From: Rubripirellula sp.
GTDB taxonomy: Bacteria > Planctomycetota > Planctomycetia > Pirellulales > Pirellulaceae
NCBI GenBank assembly: GCA_965216875.1
Contig: OZ244207.1
Span: 1,344,001 to 1,408,000, forward strand
DNA: 64,000 bases
Reading direction: 5' to 3'
How positions within the stretch are numbered: the stretch's first letter is position 1; each line of letters begins with the position of its first letter. The translations under genes and the position numbers were made by a program. The notes beneath the pieces are model-generated. The model was not told the origin of the DNA, did no database searches, and was given only the letters and a program-made list of their open reading frames with translations. Shown piece by piece: positions 22,401-31,700 of the stretch.

Positions 22401-25400
22401 GCTGCCGACGGTATCGCCTGTTCGAGTGACGGTGAAAGTGAAGTCCGTTTGACCAAGTCCACCTGCACCTTCCTCCTGAACCGCGTTGGTCGGCGCAATT
22501 GCAAGTTGGGTGCCAACCGGCGCGGTGTTCGAATCACCTGGCGTGGCCAGGATGCCGCCGCCACCAATCGTGTTGTGGTCAACGATGTTCGCGATGTCAC
22601 CATCGGGGCTCAGTGCACGAGATGTTCCGTCGGTGTCATTGCCAAAATCGAGGACGGCGCCGAGTCGTGTCGCGGTTGATGAGAATCCAACGTAGTCTCC
22701 AGCGGGCGGAGCCTCAGGTGTGTCGGTTGCATTGCCGTTGTAGATCGCCTGGATGTACTGGTCGGCCGCTGGGTCGTAGACAACAAGGTTGTCGCCACCG
22801 TTGCTAAGCGAAAGGTTCCCGCCAGCAGAAAAGGCATGGCTACCACTCGGGACGCTTGGCAAGACTCCCGTACCGTCAATGTTCGCCACGACAACCACGA
22901 AACCATTGGCGCCCAAAGTGGTCGACGCGGGCACGGTGAAATAGTTGTCGCTGTCTTCGTCCCAGAATTGCAGGCCGCTGATGTCGAGCGGAGCTCCGGT
23001 TGTGTTGTAGAGTTCCAGGAACTCATCGTCGGTTTCGGCGGTCCCGTCGCCATCAGTGTCAAAATTCAATGAGCCACTGTTCGGGTCTGGAAGCACTTCG
23101 TTGAAGACAAGTGAACCCAGCACACTCTGGGCAAGTCCGACACCGGTGACGTCAAAGTTGTAGGGGTTTTCGTCGGCATCGTCGTTGACCAGTTCGATCG
23201 TTGCATTTCGAACCCCATCGGCCGAAGGGTCGAACGTGACGGTAAAGGTCGCCGAAGCGCCGACTGCGATCGGCGCGGAGCTGAACCCGCTGACGACAAA
23301 GTCGCCTGCGTTGGCCCCTGTCACATTGGCTGCGGTGACATTCAAAGGGGCGGTGCCGAGGTTTTGAATCGTGAAGACATTTGCGACGCTGCCGCCCGCT
23401 GTGAGTCTCGAGCCAAAGTCGGTGCCGTCGGCAAGCGAAGGCGTGACATCTCCGTCGACAATGTCCGTCGCCGGCGTACCACCTTGGACGTTGATCTCGG
23501 GGATGGCCAGCACCGTGCCATTGCCCGTTACGGCAAAGTCATACGGGTTTTCGTCGGCGTCATCGCTGGCGATGTTGATCGTTGCGTTGCGGACGCCATT
23601 GCCTGATGGGTCAAAGGTGACCGTGAAGGTGGCCGTTGAACCGATGGCAATGTTGCCGGGGGTGAAACCGCCAACCACAAAGTCGGCAGCGTTGGTTCCT
23701 GTGACCGTGATTCCGGTCACGTCCAACGGTCCTGTGCCCAGATTCTCAATCGTAAAGGTGTGGACGTCCGATGCACCGGCAGTCAGCACGTCACCAAAAT
23801 CGGTGTCGTCAAGTGTGGACGGTGTGGTGTCGCCATCGACGATATCGAGACCACCGCCTTGGACGTTGATTTCGGGTGTCGGCACGCCCGCAAAGGTCGG
23901 GTTGGTTTGGCCGAGATGGTTGGTGATGACCTCGCCAGGCAAGTACGCCGGGTTGGTCGCAGAGACGATCTCGAAATCGGTGAGCGGACTGAGGGGGGCC
24001 GTTTGGAACGCAACCCAATCTGCCGGATCTGATCCTGTGGTGTCGCCCACTCGCATGACGTGATTGATGTTGTCTGCACCGAATCCGGTGTCAATCACGA
24101 CGCCGCCCGCTTCGACAATTCCATCGGCATCGCCAGAGAAAGCGATGGTCGAGTAGGCGCGATCGGTGGCGCCCCCGTCGAGCACACCGACGCTGTCAAG
24201 AATGGTCCAACCCGTGGGCAAGGCGTCGAGTCCGTTATCGTCGGCGTCCAAGTCCTGGCCTCCGACTGGAGCGACTCCACCAGCGGCGGTGTCAACGTGG
24301 ACGATCACGGCCGTGTACGACGCGTTTTCGACATCCAAACCTGGGACGCTCAATACCGTAGCTGCGGGATCAATCGTGTAAGGATGACTCGTTGCCCCAT
24401 CGTCATCGACGATTGCGAGGAAGCCATTACTGCCAAGCGACGTGCCAGAGAGGTCAACAACATGATTGGTGTTGATTGTGCCAAGATTGGAGCCCGAGTC
24501 GCCTTCGAGGAAGACAACAAACACATCATCTAGCGATTGGTTTGCTTCGCCACGAAGCTCGACGTATTCGTTTGGATTATCGGGTGCACCGTCAAGGTCG
24601 ACGACGACTTCGTTTAGATAAACTTCCGGCGGCGCAGTGACGCCAGATCCAGCGAGAATCGTCGACGCATCGCCAAACGTCCAAGCACCACGCCCAAGTG
24701 TTCCGGCGACCAATACATCGTCGGTGGCGTTATAGATCAGGTCGTACACCAGCACGTTAGGAAGGTTGTTTCCAACTTCGGCCCACTGACCCAGATTGTC
24801 CAACTTGGAAATGAACGTGCCTTGATTGGCTCCGACCGCGATCGCACCAACCGTTCCTGGAATGAAGGTGATCGATTGCAATGCCGCACCGGCGATGGAC
24901 ATCAGATTGCCGGTGATGTCCGTCCAGATGCCGCCAGCGTCGGTCGTTTGGAAGACCGAGTTGTTGTCGATCGCAAACGCGTTGGCCCAATCATCCGAAT
25001 TCATGATCACATCACGAATGTCGGAGGATGAGCTGGAGTCGGGGTCGGAAAAGGTGACGGGACCACCACCGGTGGTTCGGATCGCAATGTCGTCTCTTTG
25101 GGCCGCGTAGAAAACATCGGCGTTAGGTGTTCCGCTTTGGAATCCGCCGTACGCGACGCCGTCTTGCAAGAACCCAAGGAACGAAGAGGCGACTTGGCCC
25201 ATGGTGTCGCCTTGGTTGAACGATTCGTAGATGCCATTGTCGCCAAGGATCAGGAGGCGATTGGGATCGACCGCATTGAGTTCAACCGGTGTCTTGAAGG
25301 CGGGGTCAAAGGCGGATCCGCTGGTGACCGTACGCGATGGGAAATCGGTGTTGATCAGATTGTTGTTGGCATCCCAAGTGGTTCGGCGGAAGCCACCGAG

Positions 25401-28175
25401 GTTCTGTGAACTGCTGTATCGAATCGATTGGTTGTTGGCTGCAAGCGAAACGGTATCGACAACCACATCGCCGCCGTCACCCCCGGAAAGGAAATCCCAT
25501 TCTTTGTTGCCGGGCGATTGTTGGAAATGCGTACCGTTGTCTTGCGTACCACCAATCAGGATGTTGGACGTGCTGTCGTAAGCGACGTCGTGGAATTCGA
25601 TGACGCCCAGTGTGCCTGCTTTGCTGAACCAGTCGCCCGTGTTGTCTCGCGGACTGGTGCGAATGTAGATGCCACCGTCATCGACTTCGACCAGATTACC
25701 GTTAGCGTCGAACGTGATCTCACGCGAGTCGGCGTGTGGTGCCGTTCCGTTGGCCGTACCACCTTGCGGGTCCATGGGGACGATGTCATGGGTGAGGTGG
25801 TCCCATTGGGGTGATGGTGCAACGTTGGGGTTGCGTGCGATCGATGCGTCGCCTCGGAAGACGGCGCCACCGAAGGTACTGTCGCCAATGGGGTTGTTGG
25901 GTTGATCCTGGCGGTCACCACCGATGTAAACGATGTCGTCATTGGTCGGATCAACAGCGATCGAGAAGTGGATGCGTCCCTGAGCCCCGGTTTCGTCAAT
26001 GTCCTTGGGTCTTGGGTTGGGCCCGGTGACACGGGTCCATGTGCCGCCACCGGCGTAGTTGCCGTTGCCCGAGCTATCAACCAATTCGAAGGTGTCGTTG
26101 GAGAGCCGGGTGATTCGGAAAAAGCCATTGGCGGCTGTGTTGCCAAGCACGCCGTCGACAACAACAAAGTTCCCGGTGGAAAGTCCGTGTCCTGGTGAGG
26201 TGATGACAATCGGTGACGAGTTGCTGGCGCCAGTAACGCCGATGCCACCGGTACCCAATGGCAACACGGGAACATCCATTTGCGTCCAAGTGGGTGTCGC
26301 TGCGGTCGGATCCGAGGTGTGGAAGACACCGCGTGGTTGGCCGCTGACAAGGGTCGCTGCAAACAGGCGACCGGATTGAGGCGAGATCGCCATTTCGACA
26401 TTGTTCGATGAATCGAGCAAATCGCCGATCGCAGCAGTAAACGAATTGGCGATTTCATTCCACGTTGCGCCGAAGTCGTCGGACCGATAGATGCCGCCGG
26501 AACCACCGAAACCAGGACTGACCGCATACAGTCTTTGTCCGGTTGGATCGGTTGGGTCTTCGACTAAATCCGAAAAGTCATCGTTCGGTGAAACGAAACC
26601 TGGCCCCGAGACGGCACTGAAGTTGGCTCCGCCATCGGTGCTGCGGAAGATGCCACCGAAGTTGCCCGACGAACTCACTACGATCGTGTTGCCACGTGCG
26701 GCGATGCCCGAGATGTTTTCGCCAACGGTTCGAAGGCCATTGCTGGGCAGTTGAATCCAGTTTGCCCCACCGTCGGTCGTTCGATAGACCGGGCCACGGA
26801 TACCGCCAAAGCCTGCGAAACTACTGTATTTTCCCGTTCCTGCGACAAGTGTCTCGGAGTTCGGGTCGGTTGGATCGAACGCCATTGCACCAATTGCGAG
26901 CGACTCGAGGAAGTCGGTCTGCGGTTCCCAATCAGGCAACACGTCGGTGAAGTTATTGGTTCTCCAGATACCGCCGTTAACGCCGCCGATGTACGCGATG
27001 TCGGGATCCGATGGATGGGCAAGGACCGTATGGATTGCACCGGTCACCCGACGGTCGGGAGTCGTGTTGGCTTCAAGCTGGCCATTGATGGTCCCGTGCG
27101 GACCTTGCTCGGTCCACACACCCGGCGTGGAGATTTGGATCGCGTAATCTTCAACTTCGCCGTTGCTCGCCAGGCCCGTCACGCCAAGCGAGGTGGTTCC
27201 GTTGTGCAAACGAATTCGGGCATACGTGACACCCGGCAGTGCGTCGGCTGGGACGTTGAAATCGATCGTGTTGATTCCGTTGGCGACAGGCCCCGAGAAA
27301 ACTTGTTCCCCCGGATCATCCCAGTCACCGTCCTGGTTGAAGTCGATCCAACCGTCGCCAAATGGATTTGCGACACCGGCCGTGTTGGTCACCAAGACTT
27401 CGGCCGTTGCGACGCCACCGATGGGGACGGAAGTGATGAAGCTCACGCCATCTTCGTCGTCAACGTTAAGGGAGTCGTCGTCGAGCGCGCCCACGCTTGG
27501 ACGTCCATCCGGTTCGACGTCGATTTCCAACCCAAGCTGGAACCCAGGGAGTGGTGTGTGCCGCGCGCCGTTGTCGGCAAGCGTTGTGGGGTAGCTGTTT
27601 GCGAAACCTGATTGAGCTGCGGTGGGCGCGTCGCCAAAGTCCTCGGTGCCGGCGGCAGTTACATCAAAGACGCGCGTAAAGATGTTGTTCGCTTCGTTGC
27701 TCTCAGTGATCTGATTCAGCGTGTCGACGCGAAATTCAACCGTGTGCGTTCCAGCCGCTAGCGTCCCAACGTTGACATCACCAAAGAAAAAGCCACTACC
27801 CGGCTGCGTATCTGGGATATTCGAATTCTGAACGATGAGTATGCCGTCAAGGAAACCTTGGACTCGATAGGTCCCACCGGTGGGCATGGTGCCAGCGTTA
27901 AGCCAGCCGAAGTCGAAGTAGACGGTGTCGTCGACGGTGATCGGGTCCGACGTGAACGTTCCGGGGCGTGATGCAATCACAATCGGGCTGTCCCAGCCGC
28001 CGAATGCAAACGGTGTCAAGTCAGAGGCAAGCAAGACGCGCTGTTCAAACAACTCCGTCTGCAAGCGTCGGCGGGAACTGCGACGTTGGGCGTTGCGGCT
28101 TCTCGCCGAACGGTCTTGAAGACGACGTTTCGAAAGGTCGGTCAATTCACGGAGTTTCTTCGAAACGATGGACAT
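16416..28175 (-). CDS. Giant extracellular adhesin-like protein (~3900 aa): planctomycete N-terminal motif, CARDB, GEVED, BNR/VPS10-like propeller, lamin-tail, Ig-like (choice-of-anchor D), ~16 Calx-beta repeats, dockerin-like C-terminus
   Basis: RRLQTELFEQRVLLA; ITESNEANN; DFGDAP...GEVEDY; Asp-box R(S/T)TDGG.(W/F); NEV...DEFLELYN; repeated FTRT...VEPDETV...ATGTI.NDD; FFRFFGDQDGD.DVDLFDF. Start uncertain (28175 or 28202). Confidence 0.9.
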   Translation of the reverse strand: MSIVSKKLRELTDLSKRRLQDRSARSRNAQRRSSRRRLQTELFEQRVLLASDLTPFAFGGWDSPIVIASRPGTFTSDPITVDDTVYFDFGWLNAGTMPTGGTYRVQGFLDGILIVQNSNIPDTQPGSGFFFGDVNVGTLAAGTHTVEFRVDTLNQITESNEANNIFTRVFDVTAAGTEDFGDAPTAAQSGFANSYPTTLADNGARHTPLPGFQLGLEIDVEPDGRPSVGALDDDSLNVDDEDGVSFITSVPIGGVATAEVLVTNTAGVANPFGDGWIDFNQDGDWDDPGEQVFSGPVANGINTIDFNVPADALPGVTYARIRLHNGTTSLGVTGLASNGEVEDYAIQISTPGVWTEQGPHGTINGQLEANTTPDRRVTGAIHTVLAHPSDPDIAYIGGVNGGIWRTNNFTDVLPDWEPQTDFLESLAIGAMAFDPTDPNSETLVAGTGKYSSFAGFGGIRGPVYRTTDGGANWIQLPSNGLRTVGENISGIAARGNTIVVSSSGNFGGIFRSTDGGANFSAVSGPGFVSPNDDFSDLVEDPTDPTGQRLYAVSPGFGGSGGIYRSDDFGATWNEIANSFTAAIGDLLDSSNNVEMAISPQSGRLFAATLVSGQPRGVFHTSDPTAATPTWTQMDVPVLPLGTGGIGVTGASNSSPIVITSPGHGLSTGNFVVVDGVLGNTAANGFFRITRLSNDTFELVDSSGNGNYAGGGTWTRVTGPNPRPKDIDETGAQGRIHFSIAVDPTNDDIVYIGGDRQDQPNNPIGDSTFGGAVFRGDASIARNPNVAPSPQWDHLTHDIVPMDPQGGTANGTAPHADSREITFDANGNLVEVDDGGIYIRTSPRDNTGDWFSKAGTLGVIEFHDVAYDSTSNILIGGTQDNGTHFQQSPGNKEWDFLSGGDGGDVVVDTVSLAANNQSIRYSSSQNLGGFRRTTWDANNNLINTDFPSRTVTSGSAFDPAFKTPVELNAVDPNRLLILGDNGIYESFNQGDTMGQVASSFLGFLQDGVAYGGFQSGTPNADVFYAAQRDDIAIRTTGGGPVTFSDPDSSSSSDIRDVIMNSDDWANAFAIDNNSVFQTTDAGGIWTDITGNLMSIAGAALQSITFIPGTVGAIAVGANQGTFISKLDNLGQWAEVGNNLPNVLVYDLIYNATDDVLVAGTLGRGAWTFGDASTILAGSGVTAPPEVYLNEVVVDLDGAPDNPNEYVELRGEANQSLDDVFVVFLEGDSGSNLGTINTNHVVDLSGTSLGSNGFLAIVDDDGATSHPYTIDPAATVLSVPGLDVENASYTAVIVHVDTAAGGVAPVGGQDLDADDNGLDALPTGWTILDSVGVLDGGATDRAYSTIAFSGDADGIVEAGGVVIDTGFGADNINHVMRVGDTTGSDPADWVAFQTAPLSPLTDFEIVSATNPAYLPGEVITNHLGQTNPTFAGVPTPEINVQGGGLDIVDGDTTPSTLDDTDFGDVLTAGASDVHTFTIENLGTGPLDVTGITVTGTNAADFVVGGFTPGNIAIGSTATFTVTFDPSGNGVRNATINIASDDADENPYDFAVTGNGTVLAIPEINVQGGTPATDIVDGDVTPSLADGTDFGSRLTAGGSVANVFTIQNLGTAPLNVTAANVTGANAGDFVVSGFSSAPIAVGASATFTVTFDPSADGVRNATIELVNDDADENPYNFDVTGVGLAQSVLGSLVFNEVLPDPNSGSLNFDTDGDGTAETDDEFLELYNTTGAPLDISGLQFWDEDSDNYFTVPASTTLGANGFVVVVANIDGTGVLPSVPSGSHAFSAGGNLSLSNGGDNLVVYDPAADQYIQAIYNGNATDTPEAPPAGDYVGFSSTATRLGAVLDFGNDTDGTSRALSPDGDIANIVDHNTIGGGGILATPGDSNTAPVGTQLAIAPTNAVQEEGAGGLGQTDFTFTVTRTGDTVGSTSVDFAVTGSGANPANASDFVGSVLPTGTVNFADGETSQVITVSVSDDPIVEFDETFTVTLSNASAPATISTAAADGTIENDDQSTVIVQVVSSLATEDDPGNLEFEFSRDNFSLESPELTFNFSLAGTANPANDYSAPSPATLTFGAGQRTVILSVDPTADALVEPDETVIASAAPGTGYNIDPTDSATGTIVNDDRSTVNISVDPTSIIEDADGVMVYTVTRDSVGPETPSLAVDLLITGSATLGTDYSSTATGSVTFAAGENSATIEIDPTVDTLIEPDETVIITLDPGTEFLPGPNQSATGTIIDDDSLIEVTVDVAPTSVTEDGTDNLVYTFTRNGDLTGPLAVDFTTTGTASAGDFTQTVTGTVNFAPGSATAIVTVDPTADANVEPDETVILTVVAGSGYVVGGTAVATGTITNDDTSTVTVSTFGSGAVLENSGTDITYVFSRTDVTSETPALTVSYTTGGTATAGTDYTIDISGTVTFDVGANTATVTVSPNDDAIVEPNETVILTISDGSNYDVGSPNSATGTILNDDSSTVEITVDATSIDEDAAGVLTYTLTRTNVSAETPALVANISNSGTASDGSDYTTSPSGSVVFAQGADTATVTVNPTADALVEPDESVTISLIAGGGYSIGTNGSATATIVNDDVSEVSVSVDPASIAEDAAGLLTYTFTRSNVGAQTPTLTATFTTDGTATAGTDYAASATGSVTFAAGESTAVVTVDPTPDATVEPDETVEFTVTAGAGYNVGSPDSAVGTILNDDDVSLVSVAVDPIAVDEDGTEDLVFTFTRTGDIGIPLSVNFGTGGTASAGDYVNTAGTIVSFAPGSSTAQVSIDPTADTDVEPDETVVLTVLAGAGYNIGAPSSATGTILNDDESSVNVTVDPSSILEDASGALTYTFTRSDTTAETPPLTINFATAGSATAAVDYSASDSGTLTFATGESTATVTIDPTPDAIVEADESVILSVLSGTGYSVGGPNSATGLITNDDVSDVTVTVDPTSVLEDGSDVLTYTFTRSNTSGESPGLTINVDTTGTATAGTDYSGNAATLSFAAGQSTATITIDPTADTEVEPDETVILTVAAGAGYDVGGVDSATGTITNDDISDVSVAVDPDSILEDAAGVLTYTFTRSNAGAQSPQLTINFDTTGTATSGTDYTASDAGTVTFAVGQSTTVVTVDPTVDSEVEPDESVTLTVAAGAGYNIGSADAATGTILNDDISDVTVAVDPDSILEDAAGVLTYTFTRSNAGAQSPQLTINFDTTGTATSGTDYTASDAGTVTFAAGQSTTVVTVDPTVDAEVEPDESVTLTVAAGAGYNIGSADAATGTILNDDISDISVAVDPDSILEDAAGVLTYTFTRSNAGAQSPQLTINFDTTGTATSGTDYTPSDAGTVTFAAGQSTTVVTVDPTVDAEVEPDESVTLTVAAGAGYNIGSADAATGTILNDDISDVSVAVNPDSILEDAAGVLTYTFTRSNAGAQSPPLTINFDTTGTATSGTDYTASDAGTITFAAGQSTTVVTVDPTVDSTVELNETVTLSVASGAGYNVSATDSATGTITNDDASTISIGNVVDEEGDTASKPFVFPVTLTNPIDVDISMFFLSSAGSATSSDSDYTQTSGTLNITAGDTSGTITVDVNGDEKVELDENFFVTIGNLTNLGRAASIVDPTGEGTIVNDDSATISIDDVVLEEGDLGDTLFTFTVTLDAEVDVAISVDADTADGTATTANNDYVVNAATLNFAGNAGETQTFTVTINGDTDVEPDEDFFADLSNLNALGRDVAFADSQGVGTIVNDDAAPTPIVESIVYFNHDPTTESNHSPGNTGQRSIIRQIEVVFSGPINIPTGPVTDGSFLVESTSVSPGTQVGLTVLSSQVVGGKQVVVLGFTGTVLIEDLSENQPGILPMLEDGRYRLLIDGAKLGTDANGPAPGVNAVDDFFRFFGDQDGDEDVDLFDFARFRDYFTNGNGDYLFDFDDNPNTPLLDFAQFRGRFFTILP
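17720..19090. repeat. Four near-identical 342-bp tandem Calx-beta units
   Basis: The motif tctgaaatatcatcgtt recurs at 342-bp spacing (~18053, 18395, 18737, variant at 19079). The 114-aa units are nearly identical. Confidence 0.9.
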
Positions 28176-28760
28176 GAGTGCGACTCGCCAGTAATGAAGC
28201 AATGCAAATGAAACAGGTGCAACCTTCGGAAAACGCTTGCGTCTTTCATCAACAAGACGTTCCGCTGCTTGTCACGGCGACAACGCAGATTCACCAAAGG
28301 GCGCAGAATGGTCGTTCGACATGATCGTGAAATCGAAACCCGCTTGCCACTAACCTGGCGGCGATTTCCCAAAAATTTCGCAATTGGACGGAACCAATGG
28401 GGGCGAGGTTGCAGCATGGCCATTCGTATAGGAAACGATCGTTCACCAAGCCGAGGTTGTCGCACAGACATGCCAGCAGCGCCGCTTAATCGACGTCAGG
28501 CCGCGCAACCGAGGGCATGTTTTTTCTTGCGCCATGACACCAATTCTTTCCCGTGTTGAATCGATGTCGTGTGAATGAGCGACGATCATGTGCGGTGGTC
28601 GCACGGCGTTTGAGATTCCTTCGCCGTGGCTGAGGTTTTCAACATTTCGTGGCGTGCTCGCGTTAGACTAGATGCCCTCTTCACGTAGCAGCCACCATTT
28701 CTTCATCTAATCACAACACGAAGGGCGAGCCTCGCGGCCGCGCGAAGCTCGTGTTTAGCG

Positions 28761-31700
28761 ATGCCTTTTTTGAAACTGTTTTCTGGCGGACTGCCGGAAG
28801 CATCGGAGTGTGTCAAAAAGCGGCGGCGCTTGAGCATGCAACTGCTCGAGCCGCGACGCGTTCTTGCAGGGCATCCAATCATCACCGAGTTTATGGCGGA
28901 CAATCAATCGACATTGATTGACGGCTTCGGTGAAGACCCCGATTGGATCGAAATCCACAACCCAACGGATCAGCCAATCGACTTGTTGGGATACCACTTG
29001 ACCGATCAACCATCGAGTCCGTCGAAGTGGGAGTTCACCGCATCGACCGTCCTACAACCGCTGGACTATTTGGTTGTCTTCGCTTCGTCGCGCAACACCA
29101 CTGACCCGCAAGGGAACTGGCATACCGACTTTACGCTCGATGCGGATGGCGATTACATCGCGTTGACCGCACCGGACCTAAGTGTGGTGAGTGAGTTCGA
29201 TGCTCTTGGAACTGATTATTCGCCGCAAGTCACGGATGTCTCCTACGGATTGCCCGGATCGGTGTTGGTCAACGGTCAATCCGCGGCACATTACCTCGTT
29301 CCCTCCAGCGATGCTCTTGGCGAAAGTTGGACGAGCATTGCCTTTGATGCCGATGCCGCTGGGTTTTCGCTGGGACGCGCGGCGATTGGATACGAAAACA
29401 GTGGTGGAAGCTCGACCAGCTATTTGGACGTTTTTGAAACCGAGGTACCCAGCGGTACGACCAACACCTACGTGAGAATGCCGTTTGACATTCCAGACGC
29501 GTCGCAAGTGTCGGACTTGCAGCTGCACCTGAAGTTCGATGATGGCGTGGTGGTTTACCTGAATGGTTCGCGACTGTTTGGTGTGAATGATCCGACGCCG
29601 CTTTCTTACAACACTCCCGCAACACAGAACCATCCCGACGGAACCGCGCTCGCTGGGATCGACTATGACCTGACCACGCATGTCGGATTGCTGCAGAGCG
29701 GCGAGAACGTCTTGGCGATTCACGCGCTCAATCGCCCAAACAGTAGCGATTTCCTGATGGTTCCGACGCTGTCATCAAACTCCGTGCATTCAGAAGCTGG
29801 CTATTTGTTGACGCCGACACCGGGCAGCATCAATGGTGTCGCACGTGAACTTGGACCGATGGTGACGGATGTGGATCACCAACCGGGCGTGGCGATTGCG
29901 GGGCAGACAATCCTGGTCACAGCGGAGATCGAATCCTTTGCGGCACCCGTGGATCCGACGACCGTGCGTTTGCATTACCGGATCATGTATGGCGCCGAGT
30001 CGACGCTGACGATGTTTGATGATGGTGTTGGCGGCGATGCGGTTGCTGGCGACGGCACGTTTTCGGCGTTGATCCCGGGGGCGTCGCTGCAAGCCGGTGA
30101 ATTGGTCCGCTGGTACGTCACCGTGTCAGACACCCAAGGCATTGAGACGCGAGCACCGCGTTTCCTCGATCCGCTCGACTCAGCCGAGTACTTTGGCACC
30201 GTGGTCGCTGATCCTGCGATCACGACCGACTTGCCTTTGATTCAATGGTTCATTGCCAACCCCGAAGCGGCCAAGACGACCGCGGGCAGCTCAGCGAGTC
30301 TCTTTATCGACGGCGAGCTTTATGACAACATTCACGTCGACAATCACGGTCAATCAACGCGCGGGTCGGCGTTTCCGAAAAAGTCCTACGACTTTGATGC
30401 CAATTCTGGCCAGAAGTTCAAATTGCGCTCCGATCTCGCTCGGGTCAGCGACTTCAACTTGTTGACCAACTATGCCGACCAAACCAAGCTCCGCAACACC
30501 CTGACCTACGATTTGTTTGCACAGGGCGACTACGCGCACCATTTTGCCTTTCCGGTGATGATCTACCAAAACGGATCATTCAACGGGCTGTACGACATCG
30601 TTGAAGAGGGCGATACCGAGTATCTCGATCGACTAGGTGTCGACGACGAAAACGCACTCTACAAAGTCAACAATCGACTCGACCACGTCTTCAACAACGT
30701 CGAAAAGAAATCTCGCAAGTTTGAGGACCGGACCGATTTCGCGGCCGTCGTCGATGCTGCCCAAAACTTAACCGACGGCGCGGCGCTTGATTGGGACTAT
30801 GACAACCTCGACATCGCCGACATGGTCAATATCCAGGCGATTCATAGCGTTGTGGCGAGCAATGACTTTGGCCACAAGAACATGTACTGGTACCGCGACT
30901 CAACGGGGACCGCTTTGTGGTCGGTCTATCCTTGGGACCAAGACTTGTCGCTCGGGCACCAGTGGGACCGCAACGTCTCGCCACCCTACTTTAAAGACGA
31001 CCTGGTGACCCAGGCGAATATCTATCGCGGCGGCAATCCGATCTTTCAGCGTCTTTTTGCTGATGCAACCTTTGTGGAGATGTTTCATCGCCGAGTACGG
31101 ACGCTTACCGACGAGTTTTACGGCGCTCCGGGAACGTCGACCAGTGAGAGTTACCTTGCGCAAAAGATCGTTTCGCTCGAGGCTTCGATTGCGGATGAAG
31201 CGATTCAGAACACAGCGGTGTGGGGGATTCACCCGAACTTTAGTCACACGCCCGCCCAAGCAGCACAGCAGTTGCTGGATGAGTTCATCCCCCAGCGCCG
31301 CGCCTATTTGAACAACCACAACAACGTTCCTGGTTCTCAGATTGCGGCGCCGAATGTCTTCTTCGATCACGTCGACTACGATGCCGAGCCCATTTCAGGA
31401 TTGCAGGCCGAAGAGTACGTGCGTCTAAACAACCCCAACGGGTTCGCGGTCGATATCTCGGGGTGGCGCATCGACGGCGGCATCGACCATACCTTCAAAG
31501 GTGGAACGGTCATTCCCGCCGGCGGCACGCTTTATGTCGTCAAGGATGTGGCTGCGTTTCAAAACCGAGCAACGGGGCCCGGGGCCGGGCAACGCCTCTT
31601 GATCCAGGGCAACTACAAGGGCCAACTTGGCTACACCGGCGAAGTGGTCAACTTGATTGATCCTGGCGGACGGATTGCCGACACCCTGTTCACACCAAGT

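Noticed and set aside
28203..28760. ncRNA or small ORFs in the long divergent spacer
   Set aside because: No recognisable RNA motif or credible ORF; likely promoter region only.
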